A stretch of 32,000 nucleotides of DNA, taken from positions 510,001 through 542,000 of the forward strand of contig NC_010482.1 of the NCBI RefSeq assembly GCF_000019605.1, written 5' to 3'. Both the position numbers and the translations under genes were made by a program. This DNA comes from Candidatus Korarchaeum cryptofilum OPF8. GTDB lineage: Archaea; Korarchaeota; Korarchaeia; Korarchaeales; Korarchaeaceae. Position 1 is the first letter of the stretch. Each line of letters opens with the position of its first letter. Below, piece after piece: positions 8,685 to 17,194 of the stretch. The notes beneath the pieces were generated by a model that had not been told where the DNA came from, did no database searches, and saw only the letters and a list, made by a program, of their open reading frames with translations.

Positions 8685-10247
8685 GTGATGTGCATGAAGA
8701 GAGCGTATCTACTGGCGATTTTAGTCGTCCTCGTAGTGATAGTCGCAGCCGCAGCCTATTTTCTCCTTCAACCAGCAGCTCCCCCTGCCGCTAGGATAAC
8801 CCTAGGAACCACGGATAAGATCTCCGACTTGGATACGTCCAATGCATATGATTTCTTCACGTGGGAAGTCCTCTCTAACGTCGGGGAGGGCTTGTACAAG
8901 TACGAGCCCGGTACGGACAAACTCATCCCTGGCATAGCTGAGAGGTACGAAGTGAAGGACGGAGGATCTACCTGGGTATTCTACCTCAAGAAGAACGTCA
9001 AGTTCTGCGATGGCACCCCCGTTAAAGCTCAGGATGTCGTCAGGAGCATTAAGAGAGTGATGAAGATAAATAGGGACCCAGCTTGGCTCGTAACTGATTT
9101 CGTAGAGGATGTAGTGGCTTTGGATGATTATACTGTGCAATTCAAACTCAAAAAGCCAGTCAGCTACTTCCTCGCCCTAGTGGCTACACCTCCATACTTC
9201 CCAGTCCACCCGAGCTACCCAGAGGACAAGATAGTCAGCGATGCGACTTGGGGAGGGGCTGGGGCTTACTGCATCAAGGAGTTCAAGAGGGATGAGTATC
9301 TGATACTCGAGGCCAACCCGTACTACCATGGGGATAAGCCGAAGAGCCCGAGCTTCGTGATAAGGTTCTACAAGGATGCTTCGACGATGAGACTCGCTCT
9401 AGAGAGGGGAGAGATAGATATAGCTTGGAAGACCCTCAGGCCGACGGATTACAAGGATCTCATGAACAATCCTAACTACAAGAGCGTAGTCGCACCGGGA
9501 GGATTCATAAGGTACATAGTGCTGAAGGTAGATGCGCCTCCGTTCAACAACGTATTGGTCAGGCAGGCATTGGCTTACGCTGTTGATAGATCCGAGATAG
9601 TGGATAAGGTATTCCTGGGAACCATGGCTCCTCTCTACAGCATGGTACCCAATGGGATGTGGAGCCACTTAGATGTCTTCAAGGAGAAGTACGGCGATAA
9701 GCCGAACCTGGAGATGGCCCGCAAGCTCCTAACTCAAGCAGGTTATAGCGAGACTAAAAAGCTTAAGATAGAGCTGTGGTACACGCCCACTCACTACGGT
9801 GACACTGAGGCGGATGTAGCTCAACTCCTCAAGAAGCAGTTTGAGGCAACTGGCATGATAGAAGTAGAACTGAAGAGCAGCGAATGGGCAACTTACCTGG
9901 AGCAGCAGAGATCTGGAAGGATGAACATTCACCTCCTGGGATGGTATCCTGACTACATAGATCCTGACGATTACCTAACACCCTTCCTCAGGACCGAGTC
10001 CAACAGGTGGCTCGCTACAGGCTACTCAAACCCCAGAGTTGATGAATTACTCGATAAGGCAGCCGTTGAAGTAGATACCAAGGCGAGGAGCAACTACTAT
10101 GCGGAGGTACAGAGGATATTAGCAGAGGATGCTCCTCTGATCCCTCTATTCCAGGGAGAGCTCATCCTCATAACTCAGAAGAATGTGAATGGCGTGCTAG
10201 TGGGCCCGCCGATGATGCTCACGTACTCAACGATATACAAGAGCTAA
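8685..10247 (+). CDS. family-5 (peptide/nickel-type) extracellular solute-binding protein
   Basis: 520 aa. Candidate starts are GTG 8685, ATG 8688 and ATG 8694. It has an N-terminal hydrophobic anchor AYLLAILVVLVVIVAAAAYFLL. Its size and its divergent position next to the Opp/Dpp permease and ATPase genes support the call. Confidence 0.85.
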   Translation: MMCMKRAYLLAILVVLVVIVAAAAYFLLQPAAPPAARITLGTTDKISDLDTSNAYDFFTWEVLSNVGEGLYKYEPGTDKLIPGIAERYEVKDGGSTWVFYLKKNVKFCDGTPVKAQDVVRSIKRVMKINRDPAWLVTDFVEDVVALDDYTVQFKLKKPVSYFLALVATPPYFPVHPSYPEDKIVSDATWGGAGAYCIKEFKRDEYLILEANPYYHGDKPKSPSFVIRFYKDASTMRLALERGEIDIAWKTLRPTDYKDLMNNPNYKSVVAPGGFIRYIVLKVDAPPFNNVLVRQALAYAVDRSEIVDKVFLGTMAPLYSMVPNGMWSHLDVFKEKYGDKPNLEMARKLLTQAGYSETKKLKIELWYTPTHYGDTEADVAQLLKKQFEATGMIEVELKSSEWATYLEQQRSGRMNIHLLGWYPDYIDPDDYLTPFLRTESNRWLATGYSNPRVDELLDKAAVEVDTKARSNYYAEVQRILAEDAPLIPLFQGELILITQKNVNGVLVGPPMMLTYSTIYKS

Positions 10248-10263
10248 CTCTACTACCCCTTCA

Positions 10264-10269
10264 TTTTTT
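10264..10269 (+). terminator. T6 tract downstream of the binding-protein gene
   Basis: TTTTTT lies 17 nt after stop 10245-10247. Oligo-T tracts act as archaeal terminators. Confidence 0.4.
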
Positions 10270-10411
10270 AATAGATTTAACGAACTTACCGGGATCATTA
10301 TTCTAATAACTTCCATTGGGCTTAAAATTAAAGATTTTTAATGAAAAGCGATTTTATGTATAAAGAGCTCCCCAAGGATTCGGAGGAAGGGAGTCACAGT
10401 TTTATATCTGA

Positions 10412-11065
10412 GTGATATTAATTCGGGGTGATCTCCTGGATAAAGTTCTGGGGACATCCCTAGCGAATGTATTCAGGATATGCTGCGGTCCTTTCGAGAG
10501 CCTCTGCTACCTAATTGAGAATAAAGCTGAGAAGAACTCGCTCCTCATAGATGCCGGATGCCCAGCTGAGGATATCGTAAGGCTCATTGAGGAGAGGGGC
10601 TTGAAGCTGGAAGCCATCCTGATAACTCATACGCACTTCGATCATTTACTGGGGCTCGGTGAGATAGTGAGAGCAACGAACTGCAGGGCACTAGCCCATC
10701 CCATGGACTTGGAGATGCTCCCCCTCTACTGGAAGGAGGACTTCGGCACCCTCCCGAGGATAGAACCTATAGAGGATGGGATGAGGATAAAGCTGGGGGA
10801 ATTGAGTTTCTTGGCCATTCATACACCGGGGCACACTCCCGGGAGCACTTGCTACTACTCGAGTGAGATAGGCTCGGTGTTCACGGGGGATACGCTATTC
10901 AAGGGCGCTGTGGGTACCTTACGCTACTCAGGGAAGCCGGACTACAAGCAGATGAGGAAGAGCTTGAGGAAACTATTGAGCCTCCCCGAGGATACTTCGG
11001 TTTTTCCTGGGCACGGGGATCCCACTACTATAGGGGAGGAGAAGAATACGATACTGAGCTTCTAA
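10412..11065 (+). CDS. MBL-fold metallo-hydrolase (glyoxalase II-like)
   Basis: 217 aa from GTG 10412. It has the HxHxDH motif ITHTHFDHLLG, followed by HTPGHTPGS and FPGHGD. Confidence 0.85.
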   Translation: MILIRGDLLDKVLGTSLANVFRICCGPFESLCYLIENKAEKNSLLIDAGCPAEDIVRLIEERGLKLEAILITHTHFDHLLGLGEIVRATNCRALAHPMDLEMLPLYWKEDFGTLPRIEPIEDGMRIKLGELSFLAIHTPGHTPGSTCYYSSEIGSVFTGDTLFKGAVGTLRYSGKPDYKQMRKSLRKLLSLPEDTSVFPGHGDPTTIGEEKNTILSF

Positions 11066-11082
11066 AAATATTCCTATTCCCA

Positions 11083-12189
11083 TCATTCAGATTCAGCTTT
11101 CTCCAGTTCCCTAGCTATCTCTCCGGGCCTCATAGTCACAATAACGCCCTTCTCCTCAGCTCTCCTAATGGTGAGCTCATCTGGTTCCTCAACGCATAAG
11201 AGGAAGAGCCTCGGCCTAACTTTATAGATCTCCTCATAAGCTTCGGATGCCCTCAATAGCTGCCTTATGTCCTTAGATCCCCCTCTCATCGCTATCTCAA
11301 CTAAAGCTACTACCTTCCTCCCCGTTATTACAGCATCGACTTCGGGCTTCCCCCTGGTTATGAAGCCCCTATCTACCTCTAGTCCCCTTTTGAAGCAGAG
11401 ATCCCTGAGATCCTGCCTTAACTCTGTCTCCCTGAGCTTCGCATATCTTCTATCGAGCCTTCCCACAGTGGAAGCAAGGCCGTTGACTGTCTTGGATAGC
11501 CTATTCACATTCTCAGTGAGCTCAGCTATCTTGCTCGACAATTGCGCATTTATCTCATCCGTCCTCTTGGAGAGGTTGTTTAAATTCTCAGTGAGCTCAG
11601 CTATCTTGCTCGATAGCTGCATGTTTATCTCATCCGCTCTCTTGGATAGTCTATTCACATTCTCAGTGAGCTCAGCTATCTTGCTCGACAATTGCGCATT
11701 TATTTCATCCGTCCTCTTGGAGAGGTTGTTTAAATTCTCAGTGAGCTCAGCTATCTTGCTCGACAATTGCGCATTTATTTCATCCGTCCTCTTAGAAAGA
11801 TCGCTCAGATTTTCAGTAAGCTCAGCTATTCTTTTCGATAGCTGCATGTTTATTTCGTTCACATTCTCAGACAGCTCAGTTATCTTGCTCGACAGTTGGA
11901 TGTTCATTTCATCAGCTCTCTTAGAAAGATTATTCACATTCTCAGTCAATTCGGCTATCTTGCCTGAGAGTTGCGCATTTATTTCATCCGTCCTCTTAGA
12001 AAGATCGCTCAGATTTTCAGTAAGCTCAGCTATCTTGCTCGACAGATCCTGATCGACTTTTACGATGACAGCGAGTACTTCCTCGAACATCCTGCTGATC
12101 AGTTCTGAAGCTAGCTTTGGGTCCTTCTCCAGAGCATACCAGAGCGAAGGCTTCACTCCCTTCTCTAGGAGCTCTTTAGTTTTCTCCAT
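11083..12189 (-). CDS. coiled-coil tandem-repeat protein with C-terminal PD-(D/E)xK-like domain (resembles DUF3782-type proteins)
   Basis: 368 aa filling the whole interval between neighbouring genes. A TATA-like ACATATTTAAATGC on the minus strand (12211-12224) lies about 28 nt upstream of ATG 12189. The central ~190 aa are seven full 25-aa units plus one shortened unit of SSKIAELTENLNNLSKRTDEINAQL. The C-terminus reads GKPEVDAVITGRKVVALVEIAMRGG...RLFLLCVEEPDELTIRRAEEKGVIV. Confidence 0.8.
   Translation of the reverse strand: MEKTKELLEKGVKPSLWYALEKDPKLASELISRMFEEVLAVIVKVDQDLSSKIAELTENLSDLSKRTDEINAQLSGKIAELTENVNNLSKRADEMNIQLSSKITELSENVNEINMQLSKRIAELTENLSDLSKRTDEINAQLSSKIAELTENLNNLSKRTDEINAQLSSKIAELTENVNRLSKRADEINMQLSSKIAELTENLNNLSKRTDEINAQLSSKIAELTENVNRLSKTVNGLASTVGRLDRRYAKLRETELRQDLRDLCFKRGLEVDRGFITRGKPEVDAVITGRKVVALVEIAMRGGSKDIRQLLRASEAYEEIYKVRPRLFLLCVEEPDELTIRRAEEKGVIVTMRPGEIARELEKAESE
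11491..12050. repeat. in-frame 75-bp tandem repeat array (8 units, one shortened to 54 bp) inside the coiled-coil gene
   Basis: The motif T(C/T)TCAG... recurs at 11511, 11586, 11661, 11736, 11811, 11865, 11940 and 12015, giving spacings of 75, 75, 75, 75, 54, 75 and 75. Segment 11491-11613 matches 11641-11763 with only 2 mismatches. Segment 11767-11829 is identical to 11971-12033. Confidence 0.95.
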
Positions 12190-12272
12190 ACTACAAAAGT
12201 GGATGTTAGGGCATTTAAATATGTCCCCCCAGCAACTTTAAAAAAGATGGGAGTCTCAGGCATTAGATAACT

Positions 12273-14315
12273 ATGGTTAAGGACCCTGTGTGCGGGATGG
12301 ACGTCGATCCTAAGAGAGCGGAGTACAAGCTCACTTACCAAGGACAGGAATACTATTTCTGCTCTAAAGCGTGTATGGAGGAATTCTCGAGGGACCCAAA
12401 ACGCTACTTATCTGGAGGTCATCATGAGGGCCACGTTCATCATTCCTCCGATTTAAAGAGGAGGCTTATAGCCTCCCTAATTCTCACAATCCCTATTTTT
12501 TTCACATCCGATGTGGCTGAGGATCTGGGGATCTCACTGGGGATACATCAGGGAATAATAGGGCTGATCTCGGCATCTCTCCTCTTCCTCTATGGTGGCT
12601 ACCCCTTCCTCAGAGGGGCTGTATCTGAGCTCAAGGAGAGGAGCCCGGGGATGATGTTACTCGTCTCTATAGGGATCTCAGCATCGTTCTTCTACAGCCT
12701 ATATTCCTTCCTATCAGGGGGTTCTAAAGCCTTCTACCTGGAGCTCGCTCTCCTGATCGATATAATGTTGATAGGACACTTCATAGAGGCTAAAGTGATA
12801 TCTGCAGCCACGAGCTCGATGGATCTGCTCGTGAGACTCCTCCCTTATGGGGCCCACCTCATCTCAGACGGTAGCTACAGGGACGTCCCCGTCAGGGAGC
12901 TGAAGCCCGGAGATATAGTCCTCGTTAAACCCGGGGAGAGAGTACCAGCCGATGGTGTTATTATAGAGGGCGTCTCCTCCTTCGATGAATCCATCCTGAC
13001 CGGGGAATCCGCCCCAGTGGTTAGGGGGAAGGGCGGGAGCGTTATAGCCGGTAGCATTAATCTAGAGGGAGCAGTCAAAATAGAGGTCAAGAGGACGGGA
13101 GAAGATAGCTATCTGGGTCAAGTTGAGAGGTTGATCAAGGAGATAAGATCCTCCAGATCTAGATTCAAGGAAATAGCTGATAAAGCTGCGTTCTTCCTCA
13201 CAATATTCGTCATAGCCTCGGGAGCGATTACCCTAGCCTATTGGTCATTGAACGGTCATAGCTTGGGCTTCGCTATCGAGAGGGCTGTCTCGGTCGTCGT
13301 AGTTGCCTGCCCTCACGCGCTGGGCCTAGCTATCCCTATCGTAATACAGAGGACGGCTATGCTATCCTCGAGCAGGGGCATACTGCTGAAGTCGAGGGAA
13401 GCCTTGGAGAGGGCTAAGGACGTGAAGGTCATAGTATTCGATAAGACAGGCACTCTAACTGAGGGTAAATTCAGAGTGAAGAGGGTAGAAGCCCTTAACG
13501 GCTTCGATGAGCTCGAGGTCCTGAAGTTAGCTGCTTCACTAGATTACCTCTCGAGCCACCCTGTGGCTAGGGCCATCGTGAGGAAAGCTGAGGAGGAAGG
13601 GATAAAGCTAGTCGACGTGAGGGAGTTCAGGAGCATCCCGGGTGTGGGTGTGGAGGGAATTGTAGAGGGCAGAAGGGTCTCCATTACTGCGGGATCGGAT
13701 ATACTCGAATCGGGGAGCACGGCTGTCCAGATAATTGTAGATGGAGCGTTAGCTGGGATCGTGGAGTTAGAGGACGATCCCAAGGAGGGAGTTGAGAGGG
13801 CTATCGAGGAGCTCAAGGGGATGGGCTACGAGGTTCACATGCTCACTGGGGATAGGAGAGCTGTTGCCTCTAAACTCTCTGAGAGATTGGGGATAGATAG
13901 CTATCATGCTGAAGTGAAACCTCATGAGAAAGTCGATATAATAAGGGAGATGCAGGAGAAGGGCTTAGCTGTCGCTATGGTGGGGGACGGGATAAACGAC
14001 GCTCCAGCGCTGCTGCAAGCCGATGTAGGTATCGCTATAGGTGCTGGTACAGATATAGCTATAGAGAGCGCTGACGTAATACTAGTCAGGAGCGATATAA
14101 GGGATGTGGTCTACTTCTTCAAGCTGGCCAAGTCCTCATACAGGAAGATGCTTGAGAACGTCCTCTGGGCCATAGGATATAATTCGCTGACTATCCCTCT
14201 CGCAGCAGGGGCCTTAGCGGGGCTAGTGGTGATAGGACCCGCGATGGGGGCTTTGATAATGAGTATGAGCGATATCATCGTTGTGTTGAATGCGATATCC
14301 CTCAACGTTAAGTAG
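12273..14315 (+). CDS. copB: heavy-metal (copper) P1B-type ATPase, CopB-like, with N-terminal TRASH domain and His-rich stretch
   Basis: 680 aa. TRASH-type signature VCGMDV...YYFCSKAC, then GGHHEGHVHHSS. P-type motifs are LTGESAP, the CPH transmembrane motif (VVACPHALGLA), DKTGTLT, MLTGD and GDGINDAP. Confidence 0.92.
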   Translation: MVKDPVCGMDVDPKRAEYKLTYQGQEYYFCSKACMEEFSRDPKRYLSGGHHEGHVHHSSDLKRRLIASLILTIPIFFTSDVAEDLGISLGIHQGIIGLISASLLFLYGGYPFLRGAVSELKERSPGMMLLVSIGISASFFYSLYSFLSGGSKAFYLELALLIDIMLIGHFIEAKVISAATSSMDLLVRLLPYGAHLISDGSYRDVPVRELKPGDIVLVKPGERVPADGVIIEGVSSFDESILTGESAPVVRGKGGSVIAGSINLEGAVKIEVKRTGEDSYLGQVERLIKEIRSSRSRFKEIADKAAFFLTIFVIASGAITLAYWSLNGHSLGFAIERAVSVVVVACPHALGLAIPIVIQRTAMLSSSRGILLKSREALERAKDVKVIVFDKTGTLTEGKFRVKRVEALNGFDELEVLKLAASLDYLSSHPVARAIVRKAEEEGIKLVDVREFRSIPGVGVEGIVEGRRVSITAGSDILESGSTAVQIIVDGALAGIVELEDDPKEGVERAIEELKGMGYEVHMLTGDRRAVASKLSERLGIDSYHAEVKPHEKVDIIREMQEKGLAVAMVGDGINDAPALLQADVGIAIGAGTDIAIESADVILVRSDIRDVVYFFKLAKSSYRKMLENVLWAIGYNSLTIPLAAGALAGLVVIGPAMGALIMSMSDIIVVLNAISLNVK

Positions 14316-14367
14316 TTCTATATTTTAACTATAGTAATTTTTAAATTATTTAGGCGTAGTTTAGCAT

Positions 14368-14928
14368 ATGCACCACATACGCCCTATGACCAAGGATGCC
14401 GTACTCTCAGCCTTCGGAGGGGAATCGATGGCCCACATGAGGTATCTGATCTTCTCAGGTATAGCTGAGAAGGAGGGATTCCCCAACGTGGCTAGGCTCT
14501 TTAAAGCTATAGCATACGCTGAGCAAGTTCACGCTACGAATCACTACAACGTGCTCAAGGATTATAAGGAAGATGCCAAAGTCTCCGCTGGGACGCCGAT
14601 AGGCCCGGGATCGACCTCTCACAACTTAGAGCTCGCGATAGAGGGAGAGGAGTATGAAGTGAAGGAGATGTACCCAGTTTATATGGAGATAGCCAGATCG
14701 CAGGGGGTCGATCAAGCGGAGAGAAGTTTCAAATGGGCATATGAGGCTGAGAAGATACATGCTGAGCTCTATAGAAAGACTAAGGAAAGCGTGGATGCTG
14801 GAAAGGATTTCAAGATAGAGGGGAAGGTATGGATATGCCCCGTCTGCGGTCACACTTACGTAGGTGAGGTGCCTCCGGAGAGGTGCCCCGTCTGCGGGGC
14901 TCCCAAGGATAGATATGTGGGCTTCTAA
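14368..14928 (+). CDS. rbr: rubrerythrin
   Basis: 186 aa; ATG 14386 is an alternative start. Di-iron ExxH motifs are ESMAHMRY, YAEQVHA and EAEKIHAE. The C-terminal rubredoxin-like segment reads CPVCGHTY...CPVCGAPKDRY. A TATA-like TTTTTAAATTATTT lies about 25 nt upstream. Confidence 0.92.
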   Translation: MHHIRPMTKDAVLSAFGGESMAHMRYLIFSGIAEKEGFPNVARLFKAIAYAEQVHATNHYNVLKDYKEDAKVSAGTPIGPGSTSHNLELAIEGEEYEVKEMYPVYMEIARSQGVDQAERSFKWAYEAEKIHAELYRKTKESVDAGKDFKIEGKVWICPVCGHTYVGEVPPERCPVCGAPKDRYVGF

Positions 14929-14933
14929 CCTCC

Positions 14934-14940
14934 TCTTTTT
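14934..14940 (+). terminator. T-rich tract after rubrerythrin
   Basis: TCTTTTT begins 6 nt after stop 14926-14928. Confidence 0.35.
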
Positions 14941-15191
14941 AGATGGCTTTCTCTGAAATATCCATCGTAACCTTCAGTGAATCCTCATTCTCTAGGGATC
15001 CCTCAATCTGGAAGCTAAAACTCGCTGAGCGGCTAAGACAATATCGAATTCTATTACATCATCGAATAAGCGCTCCTGCATGCCCTCTCCGATAAAAATC
15101 AAGATCTCAGCTGCAGGTCACTTGACATTTCGAGACTCTTTAATATATGCATAGCTTTTCTGAGCTCCCAAGAGGCCCTCTCAAAGGATCT

Positions 15192-15203
15192 CTATATATA
15201 TTA
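15192..15203 (+). promoter_or_regulatory. TATA-like box for the membrane-protein pair
   Basis: CTATATATATTA lies about 47 nt upstream of ATG 15245. A GGGGG Shine-Dalgarno-like run at 15234-15238 sits 6 nt before the ATG. Confidence 0.4.
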
Positions 15204-15244
15204 AGGGACGCTACCTTAGCTAAACTCACGAAAGGGGGATCTAC

Positions 15245-16555
15245 ATGGGAAACGCCCTATCGAAGATATCTATGATAGCTGAGGCTTTCTTCGCGGGCTT
15301 CTACGTCTCCATAACTAGGGGTCTCTTCATACCTATGCTAGCATACTCCGGCTACCCAGTTCGCGATATCTCCCTCGTCCTCGTACCCACAGCGGTAGGA
15401 GGGATCTTAGTATCATCGATCGTCTATAGGGATCCGAGACTTTTCGAGAGCAGGTTCAAGAGGGTGATAATCTCCTCGCACGTATTGGAGAGATTGATGT
15501 GGTTCTCACTCCCCTTCCTCCTCCTAAGCCCTCCCATCCTCTCCCTCGCTTACATGCTAGCGAACGTATCCGCGGCCCTCACCAGCATCCTGATAGGGGC
15601 TGCAGTATACTCCATGTTCAGCGGGGATGAGGTGATAGAGGTCTCGATACACAGATCTGCTGCATCATCCCTCTCCTCCCTGCTCGGTTCCCTAGTAATG
15701 ACTTACGTCTCCGCCGCTTACACAGCCCCCTCATCTTACTACTTGCTCTACTTCACGGCCCTCCTCGTAGGCCTCTCCGGCTCCATGCTCCTGATGATGA
15801 CGCCCATACCAAGATCGATATCAGAGCCGAGATCTAGCGTCGTGGAGGAAGTGAAGATAAGGAGCGGGACAGCTCTACTAATCCTGAGCCTCATGTTCGC
15901 TGGAAGCAATATGCTTGGTATCGCCTGGAGTCCTCTATTGAAGGAGCTTGGGGCCCCAGTTTACATAACCGTGGCCCTCACTATCACAGGGAACGTCGGC
16001 GGGATCCTTGGCTCATACGTATGGAGGGGGTACAAAGCTTACATAACAGCCATGCTACTGAACTCACTGCTCACGGCAGCTATACCATTCATAGCGGTGC
16101 CAACTTATCATATAGCAGTATCTTTCCTCACCTCCCTGACATTCCTGGGTGTGAACTTACTTGGCATGCACGTATTCTCGGAAGTGAATGATAGGATCGG
16201 GAGGATAAGGGCTTCAGCTTATCTAGTATCCTCCAACTACATAGGACTTTTGGCAGCGAGCCTCATCTCCACATTCCTCCAATCCCCCTCCCAGAATCTG
16301 ATCCTAGCTGGTTCCATCAAGATGCTCTCAACTTTAATAGCGCTAATCACGATACAAGAAGCTGCGATAGTTCCGGCTAAGAGGGCATATGAGATAAGCA
16401 AGATAATCTACTCAACCAGCCTCCTGGGATACTCCTTCACTCTCCAAGCCTCTAGAGAGCTCCTCAAGACATTCATATCGGCTTTAGCCCTGACTGCCCT
16501 CTTACTGGTGCTCTACATATTATATAGGGTAGCTCTAACTCTCATCGGGGTGTGA
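15245..16555 (+). CDS. polytopic membrane protein with MFS-like topology, function unknown
   Basis: 436 aa. Two hydrophobic halves are separated by a charged loop (PRSISEPRSSVVEEVKIRS), with about 12 TM-length segments by eye. I recognise no diagnostic motif. Confidence 0.6.
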   Translation: MGNALSKISMIAEAFFAGFYVSITRGLFIPMLAYSGYPVRDISLVLVPTAVGGILVSSIVYRDPRLFESRFKRVIISSHVLERLMWFSLPFLLLSPPILSLAYMLANVSAALTSILIGAAVYSMFSGDEVIEVSIHRSAASSLSSLLGSLVMTYVSAAYTAPSSYYLLYFTALLVGLSGSMLLMMTPIPRSISEPRSSVVEEVKIRSGTALLILSLMFAGSNMLGIAWSPLLKELGAPVYITVALTITGNVGGILGSYVWRGYKAYITAMLLNSLLTAAIPFIAVPTYHIAVSFLTSLTFLGVNLLGMHVFSEVNDRIGRIRASAYLVSSNYIGLLAASLISTFLQSPSQNLILAGSIKMLSTLIALITIQEAAIVPAKRAYEISKIIYSTSLLGYSFTLQASRELLKTFISALALTALLLVLYILYRVALTLIGV

Positions 16556-16556
16556 T

Positions 16557-17177
16557 ATGCAAATAGTCGAGGAGCTCCTCGAGGCCATGAACGATGTGAT
16601 CGCAGCAATACCTAAGGTGGCATTAGCTTCATTGATCCTCCTCATATCCCTGCTCATAATCAGGTTGACCAATAGGATGATAAGGTGGCTCGTTAAGACC
16701 GGGAAGCTCGAGGAGGGGATAAGGGAGCTATTTCCGGAGGGTACTAGGCTCCCCCTTGCCAGGATGTTCTCATTGCTTGCGGATTCACTCATACTCATCG
16801 CTGCTTCAGCAGCCATAATCAGGATATTCGTCCCTGAGCAAGCTCAACTCTACAGTGAGGCTATGAGCTACCTCACCAGGATCGGGAGCGTTGTTATCCT
16901 AACTTTAGTCTCCATAGTACTCACGGACGCATTAGTGAAATCCATGAGGTTTGAGAAGAAGACAGAGAGGTTCTTCCTGATGCTTATCTCCCTCATAATA
17001 GCCACTCTGATAATAGATCTAGTCAACCTGACTTATGAGATAAAATTCGCGCTCTCCTTAGGTTTCGCGATAGGAATAGGGGCTCTAGTCGGTGTATTCT
17101 CAGCATGGGCCTTCTTCGGAGAGTATCTGGAGAGGAAGATGTCCTCAAGATCGGAGAGCTCAGTTGAGGATGCATAG
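16557..17177 (+). CDS. small membrane protein, function unknown
   Basis: 206 aa. The ATG lies 1 nt after the upstream stop (TGAtATG). It has 4-5 TM-length segments and an acidic C-terminus. Confidence 0.6.
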   Translation: MQIVEELLEAMNDVIAAIPKVALASLILLISLLIIRLTNRMIRWLVKTGKLEEGIRELFPEGTRLPLARMFSLLADSLILIAASAAIIRIFVPEQAQLYSEAMSYLTRIGSVVILTLVSIVLTDALVKSMRFEKKTERFFLMLISLIIATLIIDLVNLTYEIKFALSLGFAIGIGALVGVFSAWAFFGEYLERKMSSRSESSVEDA

Positions 17178-17194
17178 AGCTGACATGAACGCAA

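Noticed and set aside
10341-10415. 24-aa upstream ORF (MKSDFMYKELPKDSEEGSHSFISE) whose TGA overlaps the GTG start of the MBL gene (GTGA)
   Set aside because: The start/stop overlap is suggestive of coupling. However, the ORF lies in an AT-rich promoter-like spacer, is very short and has no recognisable features. I cannot support it without conservation or Ribo-seq data.
11491-12050. Regularly spaced repeats as a possible CRISPR array
   Set aside because: The period is 75 bp with no unique spacers, because the whole unit repeats. The array is in frame within a CDS, and there are no cas genes or leader sequence.
11267-12052. 261-aa plus-strand ORF running through the 75-bp repeats
   Set aside because: This is an open frame maintained by the periodic repeat. 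Its product (FSVSSAILLDNCAFISSVLLERL...) has no start context or flanking domains. The minus-strand frame, by contrast, spans the whole intergenic interval, has a TATA box and folds into a sensible coiled coil plus a globular domain.
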